Made by a program: the position numbers and the translations under genes. Below the pieces are notes generated by a model. It was not told the origin of the DNA. It did no database searches and saw only the letters and a program-made list of their open reading frames with translations. From positions 2,868 to 26,867 of the forward strand of contig SVMM01000015.1 of NCBI GenBank assembly GCA_015067435.1: a stretch of 24,000 nucleotides of DNA. Reading direction: 5' to 3'. Below are positions 16,079 through 23,440 of this stretch, one piece after another (position 1 is the first letter of the stretch; every line of letters starts with the position of its first letter). The stretch comes from Oscillospiraceae bacterium (GTDB lineage Bacteria; Bacillota; Clostridia; Oscillospirales; Oscillospiraceae).

Positions 16079-17776
16079 ATGCTGCAGCTGCTGCATATTG
16101 AGAATATTGCCATCATCGAGCGCGCGGACATTGCGTTCGCGCGCGGCTTTAACGCGCTCACCGGCGAGACCGGCGCGGGCAAATCCATCGTCATCGACTC
16201 CCTTGGCGCGGTGCTGGGGCAGCGCACCTCGCGCGACCTGATCCGCACCGGCGCGCCGAAGGCGTTCGTCAGCGCCGCGTTCGACGGCGTGGACGCGGGT
16301 ATACCGGCGCTGGCGGAGAACGGCGTCGCGCCGGAGGAGGACGGGACGCTGCTCCTGCAGCGCGAGCTGTACGGCGACGGGAAGAACGTCTGCCGCGTCA
16401 ACGGACGCCCGATCACGGTCGCGCAGCTCAGGGCGATCGGCGCGAGCCTGCTGAACATCCACGGCCAGCACGAGGGGACGCAGCTGCTCGACGAGACGCA
16501 GCATTTGACGTACCTCGACCGCTTCGGGCACATGGAGGAGCGGTTGGAGCGCTACGCGGCGGTCTACGACGCCATGCATGCGACGCGGCGTGAGATCGAC
16601 GCGCTGCGGATGGACGAGGCGGAAAAGGCGCGCCGCGTCGACACGCTGCGCCACCAGATCGCCGAGCTGGAGCGCGCGGAGCTGCGCGAGGGCGAGGAGG
16701 AAGCGCTGCTCGCGCGGCGCAACATCCTGCGCAACGGCGAGAAGTTCATCGCCGCCGTCACGGAGGCGGACGCCTGCCTGAACGGCGGGGAGGATACGCC
16801 GGGCGCGGCGGGCGCCATCAAGCAGGCGGAGGAGGCGCTGCGCGGCCTGCGCGCCTTCGGCGAGGAGTACGCCGCGCTCTGCGACCGGCTGGAGGCGCTC
16901 TACAGCGAGGCGTACGACCTTGCCTTGACCGTGCGCGACAAGCGCGAGGAGTTCGACTTTTCCCCGGCGGAGCTGGACGCGGTGGAGAGCCGCGCCGACC
17001 TTCTCTACCGCCTCAAAAAAAAGTACGGCGGCACGGTGGAGGAGATGCTGCAATATCTCGCGCGCTCGAAGGACGAGCTGGACCGCATCGAGTACGCGGA
17101 CGACCGCATCGCGCAGCTGGAAAAGAAATTGAAACAGCAGAGCGAAGCCGTCACGGCGGCGGCGCGGGAGCTTTCCGAGGCGCGCAGGGCCGCGGCGGAG
17201 ACGCTGGAGGCGGACATCCTGCGCGAGCTGCGGGAGCTGGATATGCCGAAGGTGCGCTTTGCCATCGACTTTGCGGAGAAGGAGCCGGACGCGACGGGCA
17301 TGGACGAGGTTCGCTTCCTCATGTCCGCCAACGTGGGCGAGGAATTGAAGCCCATCCACAAGATCGCCTCCGGCGGCGAGCTGGCGCGCATCATGCTGGC
17401 GCTCAAAAACGTGTTTGCCGCGCAGGAGAGCATCATGACGATGGTGTTCGACGAGGTCGACACCGGCGTGTCCGGACGGGCGGCGCAGCGCGTGGCGGAA
17501 AAGCTCGCGCGCGTGTCCCGCGAGAAGCAGGTGCTCTGTGTGACGCATCTGCCGCAGCTGGCTGCGATGGCGGACACGCACTTCTCGGTGGAAAAGGGCG
17601 AGGAGAACGGGCGCACCGTGACGCGCGTGACCGAGCTGGATCACGCCGCGCGGAAAAAAGAGCTGGCGCGGCTCACCGGCGGCGAGACGCCCAGCGAGAC
17701 GATGCTGCGCGGAGCGGAGGAGCTGCTTGCCGGCGCGGAGGCGTTCAAGGCCGCGCTGCGGGAGGGCGGCGTATGA
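16079..17776 (+). CDS. recN: DNA repair protein RecN
   Basis: 'MLQLLHIENIAIIERADIAFARGFNALTGETGAGKSIVIDSLGAVLGQR', 'ASGGELARIMLALKNV', 'MTMVFDEVDTGVSGRAAQRVAEKLARVS'. Confidence 0.97.
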   Translation: MLQLLHIENIAIIERADIAFARGFNALTGETGAGKSIVIDSLGAVLGQRTSRDLIRTGAPKAFVSAAFDGVDAGIPALAENGVAPEEDGTLLLQRELYGDGKNVCRVNGRPITVAQLRAIGASLLNIHGQHEGTQLLDETQHLTYLDRFGHMEERLERYAAVYDAMHATRREIDALRMDEAEKARRVDTLRHQIAELERAELREGEEEALLARRNILRNGEKFIAAVTEADACLNGGEDTPGAAGAIKQAEEALRGLRAFGEEYAALCDRLEALYSEAYDLALTVRDKREEFDFSPAELDAVESRADLLYRLKKKYGGTVEEMLQYLARSKDELDRIEYADDRIAQLEKKLKQQSEAVTAAARELSEARRAAAETLEADILRELRELDMPKVRFAIDFAEKEPDATGMDEVRFLMSANVGEELKPIHKIASGGELARIMLALKNVFAAQESIMTMVFDEVDTGVSGRAAQRVAEKLARVSREKQVLCVTHLPQLAAMADTHFSVEKGEENGRTVTRVTELDHAARKKELARLTGGETPSETMLRGAEELLAGAEAFKAALREGGV

Positions 17777-18717
17777 GCAAGTACGCGGACAAGCTCCTGC
17801 GGGACTTTCCCGTGCGCAACAAGGCGCAGGAGAAGGAGCGCTTCCGCCTTTGGCTGACGGGGGCGCTGCGGGAGATGGGATATCGCGCCGAGCTGCAAAG
17901 CCGGGAAACGGCGCTGCAAATCGGCGGGCGCGTGACCAACGTCGTCGCGGGAGACCCGGAGACGGCGAAGCTGATCTATGCCGCGCACTACGACACGCCG
18001 CTCAGGTCTCTGCTCCCGCCGCTCATCATGCCGACGCGCCCGCTGACGGCGCTGCTGTATCTGGCGGTGACGCCTGTGTGCGTCATGCTGGGGAGCTTTG
18101 TCCTCTCCTTTGCGCTGACCTTTGCCGTCAACGCGCCGCATCTGACGCTGCCGCTTTTTCTGCTGCTGCTGTTCGCGGCGCTGCTGTACCTGCGCTTCGG
18201 CCCCGCCGAGATGCGCAACGCCGCCGACAACACCTCCGGCGTCGCCGCGCTGCTGGAGACCGCCGCCGCGCTGACGCCGGGTTGCCGCGGAAGCGTCGCC
18301 CTCGTCTTCCTCGACGGCGGCTTCGGCGGCATGAGCGGAGCGAAGGCGTTCCGAAAAAAGTATCCGTCGGTGCGGGAGAAGCCGGTCGTCAACGTCAACT
18401 GCGTCGCGCGCGGCGACGAGCTGCTGCTGTTGCCCGGGAAATACGCCCGCTGGAACGGAGATGTGCTGGACGCGCTGCTGGAAAGCTTCGAGAGCGGTGA
18501 AAAGAAGACGGTCTTTCTCAAGACAGACGGGCTGGTGTATTATCCCTCCGACAACCGCGCGTTCCGGAACGGGATCGCCTTCTGCGCCTGCGAAAAGGTG
18601 TCCGGTTTTGGTAGACTGATTCGTCCAAGACGAGCTGAGTCGATTGACGACAGTAACATAACAATTATAAAGGATGGTTTATGTAAACTTCTGGAAAAGT
18701 ATTGTCCCGGGGCTTGA
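17773..18717 (+). CDS. M28-like (aminopeptidase family) membrane-associated protein, possibly catalytically degenerate
   Basis: 'IYAAHYDTPLRS', 'RNAADNTSGVAALLETAAAL', 'VALVFLDGGFGGMSGAKAF'; hydrophobic insertion between the first two motifs; ATG overlaps the recN stop. Confidence 0.75.
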   Translation: MSKYADKLLRDFPVRNKAQEKERFRLWLTGALREMGYRAELQSRETALQIGGRVTNVVAGDPETAKLIYAAHYDTPLRSLLPPLIMPTRPLTALLYLAVTPVCVMLGSFVLSFALTFAVNAPHLTLPLFLLLLFAALLYLRFGPAEMRNAADNTSGVAALLETAAALTPGCRGSVALVFLDGGFGGMSGAKAFRKKYPSVREKPVVNVNCVARGDELLLLPGKYARWNGDVLDALLESFESGEKKTVFLKTDGLVYYPSDNRAFRNGIAFCACEKVSGFGRLIRPRRAESIDDSNITIIKDGLCKLLEKYCPGA

Positions 18718-18742
18718 CTTTTTGGGGAAGATTCGTTACAAT
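18714..18742 (+). promoter_or_regulatory. Promoter of the tyrS T-box leader
   Basis: TTGACT (18714-18719), 17-nt spacer, TACAAT (18737-18742). Confidence 0.8.
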
Positions 18743-18879
18743 ACGCCATACCGACAGCGATGAAGCGGAGAAGTAAGCGGAAGCGCCCTGCCAAGAGAGA
18801 CCCGGTGCGGTGGAACGGGGAGAGGGCGGCCGTTGAAATACACCGCGGAGCTGATACCCGAACGGCGAATGCAGCCATG

Positions 18880-18910
18880 TTTTGCGGTTGCCCCGCAGGG
18901 GCGAGCGAAA
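18880..18910 (+). repeat. 31-nt palindromic element copy 1 inside the T-box leader
   Basis: TTTTGCGGTTGCCCCGCAGGGGCGAGCGAAA; internal stem TTTTGC/GCGAAA plus GCCCC/GGGGC. Confidence 0.85.
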
Positions 18911-19106
18911 CGGCGGTCCAATGGCTGCATCAAACGGCAAAGGAATTGCCGTTTGATGACAAGCCCAGTAGGCGTTATCCGGGTGCGCCCGTTATCGCGC
19001 AGGAGTTTGCAGGAACTCCGTGAGGCCGCCCCCGTGAGGAGGCGGCGAACCAGAGGTGGTACCGCGACATATGCAGTCAGCCACTGGCTGCATATGATGA
19101 TCGTCA

Positions 19107-19137
19107 TTTCGCTTGCCCCTGCGGGGCAACCGCGAAA
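19107..19137 (-). repeat. 31-nt palindromic element copy 2, inverted, inside the antiterminator apical region
   Basis: TTTCGCTTGCCCCTGCGGGGCAACCGCGAAA; its reverse complement matches copy 1 at 29/31 positions. Confidence 0.85.
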
Positions 19138-19151
19138 TATGACTGATTTCG

Positions 19152-19190
19152 CCCTCTGTCCTACCAAAACGGGGCAGGGGGATTTTCTTT
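19152..19190 (+). terminator. T-box regulated intrinsic terminator
   Basis: CCCTCTGTCC (19152-19161) pairs with GGGCAGGGGG (19172-19181, two wobble pairs), followed by ATTTTCTTT; CCTCTG (19153-19158) can alternatively pair with CAGAGG (19051-19056) as antiterminator. Confidence 0.85.
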
Positions 19191-19219
19191 GCCCAAGACG
19201 ACAAAAGGAGACGATCAAT

Positions 19220-20443
19220 ATGGGAATCTACGAAGAACTCAAGGCGCGCGGCCTGATCGCACAGGTGACGAACGAGGATGAGATCCGCGAGATGATAAAC
19301 GCCGGCAAGGCGACGTTCTACATCGGCTTCGACTGCACGGCGGACAGCCTGACCGCGGGTCACTTCATGGCGCTGACGCTGATGAAGCGTTTGCAGCAGG
19401 CGGGCAACAAGCCCATCGCGCTCATCGGCGGCGGCACGACGATGATCGGAGACCCGTCGGGCCGCACGGACATGCGCAAGATGCTGACAAAAGAGGACAT
19501 CGAGCACAATGCCGAGTGCTTCAAACGCCAGATGGAGCGCTTCATCGAGTTTGGCCCTGGCAAGGCGATGATGCTTAACAATGCCGAGTGGCTGCTCAGC
19601 CTCAACTATGTCGAGCTGCTGCGCGAGGTCGGCGCGTGCTTCTCGGTGAACAACATGCTGCGCGCCGAGTGCTACAGGCAGCGCATGGAGAAGGGCCTCT
19701 CGTTCCTTGAATTCAACTACATGATCATGCAGTCCTACGACTTCTACTACATGTTCCAGCATTACGGCTGCAACATGCAGTTCGGCGGCGACGACCAGTG
19801 GTCGAACATGCTCGGCGGCACGGAGCTCATCCGCCGCAAGCTCGGCAAGGACGCGCACGCGATGACCATCACGCTGCTCACCGACGCCAACGGCAAGAAG
19901 ATGGGCAAGACCGCGGGCAACGCCGTCTGGCTCGACCCGAACAAGACCAGCCCCTACGACTTTTACCAGTACTGGCGCAACGTCGACGACGCCGACGTGA
20001 TGAAGTGCATCCGGATGCTGACCTTCCTGCCGCTGGAGCAGATCGACGAGATGGACAAGTGGGAGGGCAGCGAGCTCAACCGCGCCAAGGAGGTGCTTGC
20101 CTTCGAGCTCACCAAGCTCGTTCACGGCGAAGAGGAGGCGAACAAGGCGCAGGAGAGCGCCAAGGCGCTTTTCGGCGGCGGCGGCAGCATGGAGAACGTA
20201 CCGGCCACGACGCTCGCCGACGCCGACCTCACCGACGGCAAGATCGACATTTTGAGCCTGCTGGTCAAGACCGGCCTGTGCCCGTCCCGCGGCGAGGCGC
20301 GCCGCCTCGTCCAGCAGGGCGGCGTCACGGTGGACGACCAAAAGGTCGCGTCCATCGACGAGAGCTATGACAAAAATCGTCTCACGGGTGATGGACTTAT
20401 GATTAAGAAAGGCAAGAAAGTCTATCACAAAGTGACGATGTAA
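19220..20443 (+). CDS. tyrS: Tyrosyl-tRNA synthetase
   Basis: 'FYIGFDCTADSLTAGHFMALTLMKRLQQAGNKPIALIGGGTTMIGDPSGR', 'GGDDQWSNMLGGTELIR', 'KMGKTAGNAVWLD' (KMSKS-like), C-terminal S4-like domain. Confidence 0.97.
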   Translation: MGIYEELKARGLIAQVTNEDEIREMINAGKATFYIGFDCTADSLTAGHFMALTLMKRLQQAGNKPIALIGGGTTMIGDPSGRTDMRKMLTKEDIEHNAECFKRQMERFIEFGPGKAMMLNNAEWLLSLNYVELLREVGACFSVNNMLRAECYRQRMEKGLSFLEFNYMIMQSYDFYYMFQHYGCNMQFGGDDQWSNMLGGTELIRRKLGKDAHAMTITLLTDANGKKMGKTAGNAVWLDPNKTSPYDFYQYWRNVDDADVMKCIRMLTFLPLEQIDEMDKWEGSELNRAKEVLAFELTKLVHGEEEANKAQESAKALFGGGGSMENVPATTLADADLTDGKIDILSLLVKTGLCPSRGEARRLVQQGGVTVDDQKVASIDESYDKNRLTGDGLMIKKGKKVYHKVTM

Positions 20444-20447
20444 GCAT

Positions 20448-20481
20448 AAAGAAAGAGCGGCGCCGCCGCTCTTTCTTTTTT
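20448..20481 (+). terminator. Intrinsic terminator after tyrS
   Basis: AAAGAAAGAGCGG/CCGCTCTTTCTTT 13-bp stem followed by a T-run. Confidence 0.88.
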
Positions 20482-20502
20482 GCTTTTTGACCCCGTTTTG
20501 TC

Positions 20503-21666
20503 TTACGCAAGCTCCTTTGCCAAGGCATCAAGCTGTGCGCGGGAGTCATCCGTGAGAGCCGCAACTACTTTGACAGAAACATCCGTAAAGGTAATATCCT
20601 TGCATCCTTCGAGCATGGAGCGCATTCCCCTTGCCGCCGCCGGCGCCCACGAGCCGTTCTCGACGAAAGCGACCGTGCGCTTCTGATAACCGCGCTCGAC
20701 CAAATGCTCGATGAACTCGCGCATGATGGGGAACACGCCGCCGTTGTAGGTCGTCGTGCACAGCACCAGCTTGCTGTGGCGGAACGCGTCCTCAACGTTC
20801 TCATACATGTCGCTGCGGGCGAGGTCGGTGACGACGACGCGCTGCACGCCGTTCTCCCTGAGCTTGTCCGCAAGATATTCCGCCGCCGCGCGCGTGTGGC
20901 CGTAGACCGTCGTGTACGCAACGACGACGCCCTCGGTTTCCACGCCGTAGCTCGACCAGGTGTTGTACGTGTTCAGGTAATAGTCGATGTTCTCGGTCAG
21001 CACGGGGCCGTGCAGGGAGCAAATGACCTTGATCTCCCTGTCCGCGAGCTTTTTCAGCACGCCCTGCACCTGTGCGCCGAACTTGCCGACGATGCCGAAG
21101 TAGTAGCGCCGCGCCTCGCACGCCCAGCCCTCCGGATCGTCGTAATCCTGCGCGCCGAACTTGCCGAAGGCGTCGGCGGAGAAAAGCACCTTGTCGGCGC
21201 TGTCGTAGGTCATGATGACCTCCGGCCAGTGCACCATCGGCGCGGTGAAGAACGTGAGCGTGTGCTTGCCCAGCACCAGCGCCGCGCCGTCGGCGGCGAC
21301 GATGCGGCGGTCGGCGTAATCCGTGCCGTAGAAGTTGGCGATCAGCTTGAACGCCTGCTGCGAGGCGACGATCGTCGCGTCCGGATACCTGTCCATGAAC
21401 GCGGTGATGTTGGCGCTGTGATCCGGCTCGACGTGCTGCACGACGAGGTAGTCCGGCGTGCGTCCGCCGAGCGCGGCGTCGAGCTTGCCGAGCCATTCCG
21501 CGCCGAAGTTTACCTCGACGGTGTCCATGACGGCGATCTTTTCGTCAAGGATCACATAGCTGTTGTACGCCATGCCGTTGGGCACGTCGTACAGCCCCTC
21601 AAAGAGGTCGATGTTGTGGTCGTCCACGCCGATGTACTTGATGTCGTTGGTAACGGTGATCTCCAT
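20503..21666 (-). CDS. fprA: FprA family A-type flavoprotein (diiron MBL-fold plus flavodoxin domain)
   Basis: 'NSYVILDEKIAVMDTVE', 'VVQHVEPDHSANI' metal motif, 'GKHTLTFFTAPMVHWPEVIMTYD', 'LFSADAFGKFGA', 'CSLHGPV', flavodoxin 'AYTTVYGHTRAAAEYLADKL'. Confidence 0.92.
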   Translation of the reverse strand: MEITVTNDIKYIGVDDHNIDLFEGLYDVPNGMAYNSYVILDEKIAVMDTVEVNFGAEWLGKLDAALGGRTPDYLVVQHVEPDHSANITAFMDRYPDATIVASQQAFKLIANFYGTDYADRRIVAADGAALVLGKHTLTFFTAPMVHWPEVIMTYDSADKVLFSADAFGKFGAQDYDDPEGWACEARRYYFGIVGKFGAQVQGVLKKLADREIKVICSLHGPVLTENIDYYLNTYNTWSSYGVETEGVVVAYTTVYGHTRAAAEYLADKLRENGVQRVVVTDLARSDMYENVEDAFRHSKLVLCTTTYNGGVFPIMREFIEHLVERGYQKRTVAFVENGSWAPAAARGMRSMLEGCKDITFTDVSVKVVAALTDDSRAQLDALAKELA

Positions 21667-21702
21667 ATGACTGCCTCCGTAACGGTAGATTTTAACTTAA
21701 TA

Positions 21703-21730
21703 ATTCTATCACATTTCGCCCGAAAATCAA
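21703..21730 (-). promoter_or_regulatory. Candidate promoter of the fprA-type gene
   Basis: On -: TTGATT (21730-21725), 16 nt, TAGAAT (21708-21703), in a locally AT-rich gap. Confidence 0.5.
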
Positions 21731-21736
21731 CCGCTG

Positions 21737-22360
21737 TCAGAGCAATTCGCCGAGGCTGCGCACAAAGCGGTCGCACGCGGCGGGCATGTCCGCCTCCACG
21801 TCGGCGAACACGGCGTCGTAGACGCCGATGACGGAAAGCCCCGCCTCCTTCGCCGCGCGGCAGGAGCGCACCGAGTCGTCCAGCAGGACGCATTCCTCCG
21901 GCGCGACGCCCAAAATCTCCGCGGCGCGGCGGAATGCGCCGGGGGAGGATTTGTTGACGCCGAGGTCATGGGCGTAGACGACGCGCTCGAAAAACGGCGT
22001 GAGGCCGTGGACGGCGAGCGCGGTGTCGCAGTGCTCCGGCACGGCGCTGGTGAAGACCGCCAGACGTTCCCCGTCCGCGCGCAGCTTCATCAGCAGCTCG
22101 CGCGCAAAGGGCTTGAGCGCGACGTGGGCGTAGCTGTCCTTCGCCAGCGCCATCCACTCCGCCATGATGTCCTCGCAGCTCTCTTCCGAATGGCAGTATT
22201 CCTTTGTGAATTCGGCGGCGAGCGGGAAGATCATGTGCGCCATGCCGTCGCGGTATTCCTTCGTGTAGGGGAAGCCGCGGCGCGAGAGGAACGTGCGGTC
22301 GACTTCAGACCAGATGCCGTTGGAATCAATGAGCGTTCCGTCGAGGTCAAAGAGGTACAT
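21737..22360 (-). CDS. HAD family hydrolase / phosphatase
   Basis: 'MYLFDLDGTLIDSNGIWSEVD', 'LAVFTSAVPEHCDTAL', 'KSSPGAFRRAAEILGVAPEECVLLDDSVRSCRAAKEAGLSVIGV'. Start placed at 22360; the ORF-track N-terminus (to 22462) looks like intergenic sequence. Confidence 0.9.
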   Translation of the reverse strand: MYLFDLDGTLIDSNGIWSEVDRTFLSRRGFPYTKEYRDGMAHMIFPLAAEFTKEYCHSEESCEDIMAEWMALAKDSYAHVALKPFARELLMKLRADGERLAVFTSAVPEHCDTALAVHGLTPFFERVVYAHDLGVNKSSPGAFRRAAEILGVAPEECVLLDDSVRSCRAAKEAGLSVIGVYDAVFADVEADMPAACDRFVRSLGELL

Positions 22361-22464
22361 TTCAGCGCTCCGTTTCTTTTTTCTCGGTGGGGGACTTGCG
22401 GAAACGAAAAGAATTTGATAGGATACAAGCTGGATTTTAACATGAATTTGACGGGTGGGCAAGT

Positions 22465-23370
22465 ATGAATCGGAAAATGAAGCAGATCGTTCTGCCCCTG
22501 CTGACGGCGCTGATCTGGGGCTCCGCCTTCGTCGCGCAGAAGAGCGGCGGGGAGGTGCTTGGCGCCTTATCTTTTAACTGGACGCGGTATCTGCTGGCGT
22601 CATTGGCGCTGACGGTACTCGTCACCGTCCGCGCCAGACGCGGAGGGGCGTCTGTGCCGCGCCCGGGCGCGGAGCGGAACGCCCTGCTGCGCGGCGGCGC
22701 GGTCATCGGAACGCTGCTGATGATCTCGTCGTATTTGCAGCAGTATGGCGTATCCCTGACGACGGCGGGGAAAGCGGGATTCATCACAGCGCTCTACATC
22801 GTGATCGTGCCGCTGCTGGGACTGCTGTTCGGCAAGCGCGTGCGGCCGGTCGTGTGGTGCGGCGTCGGCGTGGCGGTGGCGGGATTGTACTTTTTGAGCT
22901 TTGCCGCCGGGGGCGTGCCGGTGTTCAGCACCGGCGATCTGCTTGTCATTGCCTGCGCGTTCGGCTTTTCCTTCCACATCCTTGCCGTCGACCACTATAC
23001 GAAGCTGGCGGACGGCGTGATGCTGTCCTGCATTCAGTTTGCCGTCGCGGCGGCGGAATCGCTGGTGTTGGCTTTGGTGTTCGAGGGCTTTCCCGTGCGC
23101 GCGATTGCGGCGGCGCTGCCGTTTATCCTCTACGCCGGTCTCCTTTCGGGCGGCGTGGGCTACACGCTCCAGATCGTGGCGCAGAAGGACGGCGACCCGA
23201 CGGTGGTCTCGCTGCTGCTGAGCCTGGAGGCGTTTTTCGCAGTGGTCAGCGGTGCGATTTTGCTGCACGAACGGCTCACGCCGCGGGAGTATCTCGGATG
23301 CGCGCTGATGCTCTGCGCCGTGGTGCTGGTGCAGCTGCCGGAGAAAAAGAGCGGCGCAACATTGACCTGA
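22465..23370 (+). CDS. DMT superfamily (EamA) transporter
   Basis: Multiple TM segments; 'LTALIWGSAFVAQKSG', 'AGFITALYIVIVPLLGLLFGKRV', 'VVSLLLSLEAFFAVVSGAILLHERLTPREYLGCALML'. Confidence 0.92.
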   Translation: MNRKMKQIVLPLLTALIWGSAFVAQKSGGEVLGALSFNWTRYLLASLALTVLVTVRARRGGASVPRPGAERNALLRGGAVIGTLLMISSYLQQYGVSLTTAGKAGFITALYIVIVPLLGLLFGKRVRPVVWCGVGVAVAGLYFLSFAAGGVPVFSTGDLLVIACAFGFSFHILAVDHYTKLADGVMLSCIQFAVAAAESLVLALVFEGFPVRAIAAALPFILYAGLLSGGVGYTLQIVAQKDGDPTVVSLLLSLEAFFAVVSGAILLHERLTPREYLGCALMLCAVVLVQLPEKKSGATLT

Positions 23371-23390
23371 GCGGAAATTAATGATATAAT
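23362..23390 (+). promoter_or_regulatory. Promoter of the downstream glycosyltransferase gene
   Basis: TTGACC (23362-23367), 17 nt, TATAAT (23385-23390). Confidence 0.75.
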
Positions 23391-23440
23391 CATCCGAACG
23401 GCCTCCGGAAGGCCGCTATCACAAAAGATGGGAAACGACT

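Larger units (their letters stand above)
18752..19190 (+). promoter_or_regulatory. T-box leader of tyrS (tyrosyl-tRNA sensing)
   Basis: 'GGAGAAGTAAGCGG...AGAGAGACCCGG...GGTG...TGAAATACACC' Stem I style sequence, candidate UAC specifier at 18855-18857 (GCTGATACCCGAAC), T-box 'CAGAGGTGGTACCGCG' at 19051-19066, terminator 19152-19190, then tyrS. Confidence 0.93.

Noticed and set aside
15818-17644. 608-aa antisense ORF across argR-recN
   Set aside because: Shadow ORF opposite RecN, whose motifs are unambiguous.
18833-19219. N-terminal extension of tyrS (ORF track shows a 536-aa ORF from 18833)
   Set aside because: The upstream part is the T-box leader; TyrS homology starts at ATG 19220 with a good AAAAGGAG RBS, and the T-box terminator lies inside the extension.
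18992-20428. 478-aa antisense ORF opposite tyrS
   Set aside because: Shadow ORF; sense strand encodes a full TyrS with T-box control.
22361-22462. N-terminal extension of the HAD phosphatase in the ORF track
   Set aside because: HAD motif I starts at MYLFDLDGT (22360); the extension covers the divergent promoter region.
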